Shown piece after piece: positions 54,001-64,000 of a DNA stretch of 64,000 bases. Source of the stretch: Auanema rhodensis (lineage: Eukaryota > Animalia > Nematoda); contig OZ059895.1 of NCBI GenBank assembly GCA_964057225.1, positions 18,042,001-18,106,000 of the forward strand, given 5' to 3'. Numbering within the stretch: the stretch's first letter is position 1; each line of letters opens with the position of its first letter. The translations under genes and the position numbers were made by a program. The notes beneath the pieces were generated by a model that was given only the letters and a program-made list of their open reading frames with translations, ran no database searches and had not been told where the DNA came from.

Positions 54001-57000
54001 GACTTGGACTCTGGAATGCCAATGACCTCTGTAGATTTGAAATAACTCATTCTTCATCGGCATACAGTCGTTCTTTACGTAAAGCTATTTCATTTTAATC
54101 ATCTTTGAATGATTTGAGAGATATGTGAGACTTTTTGGGAGATGATGATGATGGTGATGATGATGATAGCTGTACAGACAGGCGTCAATAATGATAAGCA
54201 GTTGGAGGGAGGATGATTTGTTATTTCTCGCGCATCTATTTTGTATTTTTTGTCAAAATAAATAAAAATTACTATATAGTTATGATGTTTGGAATATAAT
54301 GACTATATAGTAAAATATATATTTTTATAAAATAGTATTTTCACATTTCATTATACGTAAGCTTTTCAGCGTTTCCCTCTATATCTTAAATCTGTATATA
54401 GTTGTATCTTAAGAGAAGCACATATCTAGCTTCAGCTAAATCTTCATTCAAACACAAAAGCCTATATAAAAATGCAATTATTTCTCTTCGATATTTCCCT
54501 AATATTCTTGAAATAGATGAAATGAATCAGATTTTTTTGGAGGAAAAGCTGGATGAGATAAAGTTGGCGATTAGAACAATATATTTCGAACAATTGAAAA
54601 ATATCATGTTGAAATAGCAGTTATTATAACTATATGTATAGTAATTGCACTTTTCTCGATTATAATAGGAAACTTGGTTGCCTAAACGTTGTCGTCAAAT
54701 TCATGGCCTTCTCGTTTTCTTTCTACTCTGTCATTGGGTCAGTATTTCCGATTTCAGGATGTGGTGTCCGAATAGACACAACGAAACGGCTGTTAGACAT
54801 GCAAAGCAGATAATTGAAATTCCATGCTGAAGATTGATCTAGCTTAGCAAGAGATGACGAAGGAGAAGAAGAAGCCGGCAATGAGATAGACTAGAAAAGA
54901 TTTTTTGGAATCTGTTGCTCCTGCTTCATATATGTATATAGAAATCTAACAATGATGCTAGATATGAAAAGAGAAAAGGACGAATAGAAGAGCAGAGAGA
55001 GATAGAGAGAGAGATAGATAGATCGACAGACATCGAGAAAAAAAGATAGAGGATTGGAACAAAAAACTTAATTGTCGCCTCGGGCAAGTAGATGAAAAGC
55101 ATTAACATGCTCAATTGAATTGTGGAAAAAATCAATTAAAATCAAATTGAGAAAAGAGGGAGATTAGAGAGAAAGGATTGAGAGGATAGGAACAGAGTAG
55201 TGTGAGCTAGTTAAACAACGACAATGATTGATTTAAAAACAAAAAAATGACATTAAACAGATATAAATGATGAGGAGTGTGACGGAGAATTAAATATGAA
55301 ACAAGTTGAGAGAGAAATCGTGAAGCGTTAGGTTGCTGATGTTACTTGCTGGACATATCGCTGTAATATGGCTAACAAACTAGTCCAGTCCTCCATACAT
55401 GGGCAAATATGTACAACATCTACTCTGCCATAGCCACCGGCACTGGCACAGAAAAAATCGCAGCAACAGCAGCATACCAACAGCTCTTAGTCTAATCTGG
55501 CATGGCATAGTCTGAGCGAAGCCAAACCAAGCTAAGCAATGAAAAAGCTCAGCATAGTCTGTCAGCGTGTAACAACTTGTGTATGTCCTTTTCAACAATG
55601 GAAGTGAATCAAAAAAAAGTTCTTTTTCTTGAGATTTCTACTGAAACAGCCAGCTGTTTCAACAATCCATGTATACGTAAATGATACAATACAATGAATG
55701 CATAGAACATGAACTTATAGTTGAATTGAGGAATAATGAAGCTTAATCTTTCAACTTAAGCTTATAAGGTGCAGGAAGCCAAAAACAATTGTGATAGCTA
55801 AGAACAAATCAGATAAACTATGATATATAGTATCAGATTGATGTAGTAAGGAAAAGAATATATTTTCTAAATTTAGACTAATTTCTCAAAATGGTTCACA
55901 AGCTGAAAGTGTAATTTACTGAAAACGGCAGAGAAATACATTTTTGGTTTAGTGAAACTGGTTCAATAGCTGTATGAGATGATGATGATGATGATGATGA
56001 TGCCAACAGGTGGGGAGAAGGGTGGGGGGAGTGCAACGAAGAGCGAAAAGAGAAACTGATGGTATAAGTTGAAAACAGAAAATCAATATAGTGAATAGAC
56101 AAAATATAATTGAAACATTTTTCATTATATAATTAGCATAAATTATAATTGAAAGTTAAGTATATAGTTAAATATTGATGTTTGTAAATAATTAATGATC
56201 AGTGAAAAAAAATAAATTTATGAAGGCAATTTTGAGGGAAAAAAACATTTTGTTTTGACAAAAAGAAGAAGGTTTTTGTTACTTTTATGTTGTTTAAAAT
56301 ATATTTTTTAAAAAGCTGACACATGAAAAGAAAACAAAAACCTGAAAAGCAGGAATAATTGAGAGAATTAGAGAGATTGGTAGACAATATTATTGAGGAC
56401 ATTCGTCTGCAGTACTAGTTTACATCATCAACAATATCCAGATAATCAGAAGAAAACAGCTCTCAGAGAAATATAATTTATATACACATATAGTATATAT
56501 AAATATGTTTCAAATTTTTTTATTTTATTTTATTGTTTGAATTTGAAAATTGTGTTCAATGCCACGAAAATATAAGGAAATTGACGCTGATCTGCTATAG
56601 GCAGGACATGCTGCTTGGAATTGTTGCAAAGAAAAACAAAACACAGAAATCCCTTCTCGCTTTTCCTTTCTATTTGCCATTTTGCCAAGAACCATGGCTT
56701 TCAGACGTTTTTTTCAAGTCAGTCAGTTCGTTTCAATTCACTTCGCTTCAGCTTTCTAAAGCTCCGACGATGGACATCTGGCACAAATTCAAGAAAAGTG
56801 CCAGGATGACACGAGAATGTCGACGATGACGATGGAAAAATAGAAAAAGAACAGCGTGAAAAGGAGAGTCGAACAGGGAAAATGAAGAAAAAATGAAGAT
56901 GGTTGCTGGATTTTCTCGAAGACATTAGATGAGAAAATACTAAGATAAACGAACAATGATGAAATAAGCTTCACAATGATTTCAGTTCGTTAAAGTCAGC

Positions 57001-60000
57001 TGAACTTTATAGTTTATTTTTCATTGGCTGAAAATAAAATAAAAAAATAAAAAACACTTAGAATGTTTAACTGATATTTTTAGAAAATAAGAGAAAAGAT
57101 AGCAGATAAACGGAGATAATTGAGGTAGAGGGGTAAGATGTTGAGAAGACCTGCTGTTCCAGGAGCAATCTGATATGGAAATTGTGTACGACAATCAACA
57201 GATAGAGCGAGAGAGTGAGAAACAGTTTGAAGGCATGAGAGATATGGAAAGAAAGGAAGAAGATGATGGCGAATAAAGAGAAGAGACAAGGCATGGATTG
57301 AAGCTTGTAACTCTCCTCAAGCAGTTATTAGTTGTATATAAAAGGATAGAACAAAGGTCACATATGAAAGACGTAGTACTTGTTAGGATGGGTGAGAAGC
57401 TAAAAATGATGTCCGCTCGACACAAACATTAGTTTTAGAGGTCAAAAAGGCGCTAGTTACAGAGATGAGCAAAGCTTTTTCTATCCAGAAAATGCGACAG
57501 ATTTTTTGGCTACGTGCTTTTGGATGCAAAATAAGGATATAAGACAGAACGTTTTGGATCTTAAACAGCGAAATCGAGAGACAAACAAGGGTGTTGCAAA
57601 GAGACCATGAATTTAATATAGCGATGATAAAGAAAATAAATGATTAGAAAGATTCTTGGGATAAGAAAATTGAAAAAAGTTCAAAAAGTGAGAAGAATGA
57701 ACCAAAAAAAACCTAGATAAATGATATGATGGATAGTTTCGATTGACGTCTGTGCTGATCAGAGTAGCAAACAGAACTGACAAAGAGAAAGAGGATTAAT
57801 CAGTTGATAAACTCAGATATTGAAAGTATTTGAATAGAATGAAAGATGATATACTTTGTATATAATGAGAATGATGGTATAAACATATGAAAATTGCAAA
57901 AAAAATTATTAATTGAACTTACTTGGTCATAGTTGAGAGAATAGGTTGGATGTGTATGTTTGTATGTGTGTGCGTGTTCGTTGAGTATGAAGCTGTTCCA
58001 CCTCCTATAGGCAAAGAACCTCTCTGAGAGAAAGAGGGAGGGGAGGGAGGATTTCGATGAGGTAAGGACGAGGTGTGGAGGGAAAAGGGGAGGAAGAACT
58101 GCCTTGGAGGTTAAAGTAACGATAGATAATAGACAGAGAATTAGGCAGAAGAGCTGATGAAGAGATGGAAAACGAGGCAGGGAAATGTAGACAAGGTAAG
58201 AGAGAGAGAGAGAGAGAAGGAGAGAGCCGGATGGCTTGTGAATAGCTGTGTGAGGATAGCTGTGTATGTATGCGTCTGTTCGTTTTCTGCGTTGGGGAGA
58301 GGAAAAGATGAAAGACAGAGAGACAGAGCAGCAGAGATGAGAAGAAAGCTGTGAGATAGAATAAAATATTGAGAGACAAAAAAAGCGCAAAAGAGAAAGA
58401 GAAAGAGATAGAGTTAAGCAGTTCCTCCTGCTCCAACAACCCTCAAGGCACCGCCCCACCATTCTTTCTCTTTATCTTTTGCCTCTCAATACGTGGAATA
58501 CTATTTTGTTGGTAAATTCTCTCTTAATCGTCTTATTCTAAATATATGTGGGAGGTCTCCATTAAAAACTACCGAAGATCCATGGTAGATATAAGAATAA
58601 AAGAGACTAAGTATACATGCCTCAAGGATGAGCATATGTGGAGAAAAGTAGCTAAAGAGGAAGAAAAAGACAGCAATAGCGATATAATAGCAATTTTATT
58701 GAGAGCCAAAAAAAGTGAAAAGGTCAGAGAGTAAGAGTTAAATGAGTTTTCAAAAAAACTTGAAAAGTGTAGGCTGATATGTGAAGAACCATGCTGCTTT
58801 TCAACCCTTATCTCCAATTTCCTTTTCTTCAAAGCATCTCTTCTTCTCACCTTCTCTTGTTCTTCAAACTCTCATCGTAGTCATTCATTGTATCGTCATA
58901 GTTATCGCTGTCGTTAGTACTTCTTCTATCTGCTCATGAAAGCATATCCGAGCTTGATGGTAGTTAGAAGTTGTGTATATCCTCTCTGTCTCTTTGTGTT
59001 ATCGTTGTTCATTCTCGAGATACAATCATATCAGCCATGTCTAGGCTTCTTTTCTTCTCAATATCATCCAGTTATTCTCATGACTTTTGGGAAAAAATGT
59101 GAATAGCAGAGCAGCCGTGTGGGTTGATGAATCTATTATTAGATTCAGATGTATGTTATGGAAACGATTCAGCAGGAAATTCAGCCTGAACCAGTTACAA
59201 GTTGGTTCATTGATTCAGATGACATTCATACGTTGTATCATCGTTGCAATTTTTTTAAAAGTTGAAACAAGTCATCGACTTGCTCGACTTTCATATACGT
59301 CTAATTCTTTCATCTTTGCATTAGGTTATCGGGTTCTTCTGATCGTTGAGCATGTACACATGCGCTCATATGAATGCATATGTATGTAACATACCTTCAC
59401 TAGACGAAGAAAGAAAGGTATTTGAGTAGATAGATAGATAGAGAAGGGGAGAGAAAGAGAGAAAGAGAGAGAGAGAGATAGTTTATTGAGAGAATGTGAA
59501 GAAAGTTTGATAGATGTAGACTGCAAAGTTTAGTTATAAATACACAAAGAAATAGTGCAACAGATTGAGAGATGATAGACAAGTTTTAGAAAACATAGCC
59601 AGGATGATCGAATAATTTATACAAAGCTTCATGAATGAGAGAGAGGGGGAGGGTGGTACGTGGTAGAAACGACAGAAAACCATAACGACCCGGCAGAATG
59701 AGACTGAGAGATCAAGAGAAAGAGAGGAAAAAAGAGAGAGAGATTGGCAACAAGACACGAGTGCGAAGGTAAATAGAAAAAACGAGCTGCATGTAAACTT
59801 GTGGTGAGACGACGACATCGTTTGGTGACAGATGTGATGATGTGGCATGTCATCCGAAAACTCTTTTCTCTAATTCTATTGCTTCACTTCTTATTATCAT
59901 TAACGTAGCCTCATGTTTCAACCAGCTTTGAAACATATTCTTTCTCTTGTTGGTTGAGATGTTTTTGAAAAAGAGTGAGAGCAAAATGATTGGCTATTGC

Positions 60001-60637
60001 CATCAAACTCGTGTTAGACAGATGCCAAGTTCAACAAGTTGCGGTCAATGTTGCCGTAGGGTATGTATAATGATACACGTGCAATAACTCAAATTCTGTG
60101 ATTTATGACTGGTTTGAGAGCGAAATAAATATTTTTTAGTATGATACATATAAATAATTCAAAAATCAGAAGAATGAATAGAAATGATCAAGTAATGAGA
60201 TTTTGTTCTCTCAAAAATACTTCAAGATATGAAACTAATTGGAAAAGAAAGTGATGAGACATCAATTGCTTGATTAGTTATCACACTATTCAGTGAATAA
60301 TAATAATTAATTAAATAGCAAATTGAAAAATCAATAATAAATAACAAATAAAATAGAAAAGTAATAATAAATATGAAAGAAGAAACTAACTCTGTGAAAC
60401 TTTGTCGTTGAAGTATGGGTGTTGGCTCATCAGGCTCCTTCTCATATATGAAAGTCTTGACATCATCATTACCAAATGAAACCCTAGAACGATAAAAAAA
60501 TAAGATTATCATTAATGATTTTTGTATATTTTTAAAATTTATTTCTATAGAAAATTCAATGAATTGTCCTTTTTGTTATAGAAAACCTACTTTTTACCCT
60601 CAACACGACGGCGAAAAATCTTGAATAGGTTACGCAT
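42325..60637 (-). CDS. Small uncharacterised protein with N-terminal RVxF-type motif, ENPFRP motif and C-terminal CaaX; includes a predicted 16.5-kb intron
   Basis: Exons 60637-60591, 60483-60391, then four exons between 43855 and 42325, all phase-compatible: MRNLFKIFRRRVEGKKVSFGNDDVKTFIYEKE...FTDPDAPVNVV...MAEHENPFRPEENLYHEVDPIVEQYLHKPFPP...VELVHVKRKRCGCCTVQ*. The 3' exons are solid; the join to the 60-kb exons is inferred from phase only. Confidence 0.7.
42974..43078 (-). ncRNA. Candidate structured intronic RNA (three hairpins), family unknown
   Basis: GC-richer island in an AT-rich intron; three adjacent stems whose G-U pairs work only on the minus (host-sense) strand. Confidence 0.3.
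44164..44213. repeat. (AG)n microsatellite
   Basis: Uninterrupted AG run of about 50 nt. Confidence 0.95.
55977..56001. repeat. (GAT)n microsatellite
   Basis: Tandem GAT triplets. Confidence 0.9.
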
Positions 60638-62275
60638 TGATAACGTTTATGTTGATTTTCAATCAAATATGTGAGTTTTCTCAAAAGAAATAAAATATTG
60701 TTGAATATTTGGTAAAAACGAAAATAATAAATAACGAGTGAAGTATGAAATGAAAAAGCCTAAAATGGATTGCATGAAAACTAAGAACATTGACGTCGAC
60801 CTCTAACTGTTTGGATGAAAAAAAAGGATAACCTATTATGGTATATTCTATAGCAAAACTAATCCAAGATATAAGAAAAAGGAAGAGAAAAAAACGTTGA
60901 AGTACAGAGATTTGAAGAAAGAGAATAAAAGAAAATAAGATTAGAACACGTAATACTCAAGAGAACATCTACAAAAAAGTAAAAGAAGGCGGAAGAAAGA
61001 GAGAGAAAAGAGAGAGAGAGAAAAGAGAGAGAGAGAAAGAAAAAGAAAGAAAATGCATGATACAATGCACATTTTAATGAAATTAAAAAAAAAAGAAGAA
61101 GATGATGAGTTCTTGGCTGATTTTCGAAAACGTTGAAGTTATCCTTCAACTATCCAGTCAAAGGTTATGTTGTCATCATTCTTGTTATTTCATTTAAAGT
61201 AATTTCTTCTTTTTCTTCTCAAATCGAGAATGAAATGTCCTTCAAATCAAAAGCAAATTTGGTATTGAGGTAGTGAACGAGTATAAGGAGAGTATATGAG
61301 TATATTCATGAAGATGGATGTATCTGTACGTGTGTACATGAGAGTGAAAAGAGATGAAGAGTACGCGTGTGTGTGTGTATGAGGCTGTTCAGTCGATTTA
61401 CAAAATACTAAAAGGTCGCGACATGTAACAGAATCTTGAGTCACAAACTGTTGAAAAGAGATTTTTAGTCAATAAACTAAATGGAAGTTTCGAAGAGAAA
61501 AAAAATTCGAAGAAACCGAAAACAAAGTGAAAAGGAACATTCAAACTTCAGAGAGAGAAAGAATGAAGAAAAGTATTGAAATAAAGAGAAAGTCAGTTAT
61601 AGAGAGAAACTGAGAGAGAGAGAGAGAGTGAGAGAGAGAGAAGGAACGATGCCAATGAATGTATTTAAGTGTATATGAAAAAGAAAACGGAAAACGAAAA
61701 ACAAATAAGATGATGAATGAAATTTAAAAAGAAATTTTAGAATTTCTTTTAAAAGAGCGCAGGACAGCGAAGAAAATGCTAACGGCGACATGAGGCTAGA
61801 AGATGTAGAGAAAAGACAAAAAACTATATGTTGTCTTTAAGGTTTTATTGAATCAACTGCTATGCTTTATCTATCAGGCTTCATTTAGTAAATGGATATA
61901 TTCGGAGAGTTGATCATCGATGTCTGGGAGTAAGCTGACTGAAGAATCAGGAAAAATTCGAGCAGTGAGCCGACCAGTTTCGCATTCTTAGCACTGATTG
62001 ATTATTAAAAATATTTTTTTCGCCTACATTATCTCCAATCGGATCATATTTATGAAATTTGAATTAAATACTATATATAGAAAAATATTAGTTAGTTAAA
62101 TCACCATGTAATATAACCTATATGGGATATGAGAAATGACGTTTAGGTAGATGAGACGTTAAAACATTCTCCGTTTTCGTCTTCATTCCCCTGTATATCT
62201 CCATACAAACATTTAAAAGATATTCAGTATAAGTAGCATATATATAAATATATATGTATAGAAAGAGATATATAT

Positions 62276-62343
<68 letters not shown>

Positions 62344-62357
62344 AGAAGAAGAAGAAG
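62276..62357. repeat. Compound (AG)n(GAA)n microsatellite
   Basis: Long AG run followed by GAA triplets. Confidence 0.95.
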
Positions 62358-64000
62358 GGCGATTCAAGAAAGTCAACGAAGGCAATATTCAATGAAAAGT
62401 CACATGGAATAAAGGACGAAAGGAATATGAGCTATTCAATAGTCTCAACAACCACAGCCACTACCCTTCAACCACCAAAATACTCGTAAATGGATGTTGG
62501 GTTAAAGAATCAAATGAAAAGAAAGCATAGCGTATGCTTCTCTCGATCGCGCTCAAGACAATGTAAGCAACTGGATCAGCTGGAATCCATCATCATCGCC
62601 CAACCTTGGCCAGGTGTGGGAAAAAAACATGAACACACTAAGTAAGGCCAAATGTAATTCATTATGGGAACAATGGCTTAAAAATTGGTAGCTATGCCAT
62701 GCTGCTATTCAGGTTGTATTCAAGTTCGAAGAAGACGTGGGCAAATTGCGATGGTGAGAGTAAGAAGCGTATCAATACGAATGACATATGCAAAGTATTG
62801 AAAAATTACTAGTGGTAAGGAAAAAAACAGAAGCAGAGCTTCATTCTGACTATCAGGTTTAGGGGTATGAAATTCAAAAAGTCTGAACAATAGTAAGTGA
62901 GACAGAAAAAAATACGAAAAACATTTAGAAACTTGATGAGCATAACCAATCGGTGAACAGAGTAGAATTGTTGAGACGCGTAATGTGTGTCTGACAGCTA
63001 TTTTCGAATACTTCAATACTATGAGTTTGAGAATTGTTGAGTTTAATCAGCAGCATGATGAACAGCTTAGTTACATCTGTTGCAACGTATGCTCAGCATA
63101 GTTGACATGTCGTCATAGTTGACGTTCTCTTTATCGGCGGTATGCAATTGGACGTGACGATGAATACAAAAATCGAGAAAAACAAAACATTTCATCCGTT
63201 TATGGTGCGAAACGCGCAGAAAGAACAGCAAGTGAAAAGAAGAGTATGTGAAATCGACATTCAGTAGCAGATTGTGTCCAAGTGCAATGATTGTTCATCG
63301 ACTGACTGTTGTGGCCTCAGCCTGTTAGATGCGGTGTGATTGTGTAAAGTTCATCTGGAGCTAGCTGATGCTCGGAAGTACGGGGTGGAGAAGAGATAAA
63401 TTTTGCGAGAGTGAAATGATGAGAATAGAAAAGAATGAGAGAAATAGACACAATTGAAGATATGTATATTGGACAATAGACGAGTAATACTACGTTACAA
63501 GACGTTCAAGTTGTATAAGAAAGATGTAAGAAGTCGGAAGCTGTGGTGTGGATAATCTACAGAGCTAGATGATGGAGATGAAGCAGCAGTTGCAACACAA
63601 CAACTCTAAAGGTGCTTAGTATGTGTGTAATATCACAGAAGAAAGAATAATACTCAATATAGATTAAAAAGATTTACATGAATCAACGTGTCGATTGACA
63701 CGTTTGTTAAGCTGTTGAAATAAAGTGTTTAAGTCAGAAATATAGATGCTACATGTACAAAAAAAATAAAAGAGAAAGAGAAAGAGAGAAAAAGAGAAGG
63801 TAAAGGGAATATTTGATGGTAAAGAATGCGACACGGATTTTGATACGGCTATATTCCGAGATTGAGCTGTTCTGTTAATAGAAGTCTGTGATGCTTGAAC
63901 AAGTTCCTGGCTGTTTGTTTCTTGTGCCACTTGTAAATCTTTTACTCAATTGTGCACAAGGCAAGGCAGGAAGCTTTTCCATCTATTTTCAACATCTCAA

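Noticed and set aside
44266-59853. Many Leu/Ser/Phe-rich ORFs, including the 220-aa ORF at 57800-58462
   Set aside because: Translation artefacts of CT/GA tracts; no exon structure or homology.

Overview
AT-rich eukaryotic genomic DNA, almost certainly from a rhabditid (clade V-like) nematode: GT-AG introns of about 40-60 nt, an MLT-10-family gene, and hsp-16/zipt-2/abtm-1-like genes. A compact block at about 9-44 kb holds, in order: a ZIP zinc transporter, NDUFB9, an hsp-16-type small heat-shock gene with HSEs, tRNA-Lys(UUU), a large low-complexity nematode protein, an MLT-10-like gene, KLHL20, TMEM50, ABCB7/abtm-1 and TMEM94. The flanks (1-9 kb, 44-64 kb) are gene-poor and rich in microsatellites. 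Manual splicing suggests most of the right flank is one 16.5-kb intron of a small gene whose product has an N-terminal PP1-docking KVSF motif and a C-terminal CaaX box. Best leads: that gene, a UGCAUG-flanked cassette exon in the ZIP transporter, a structured intronic RNA candidate, and TTTTTGAG splice acceptors. No CRISPR array, rRNA or coding transposon was seen. All gene models were spliced by hand; no database search was run.
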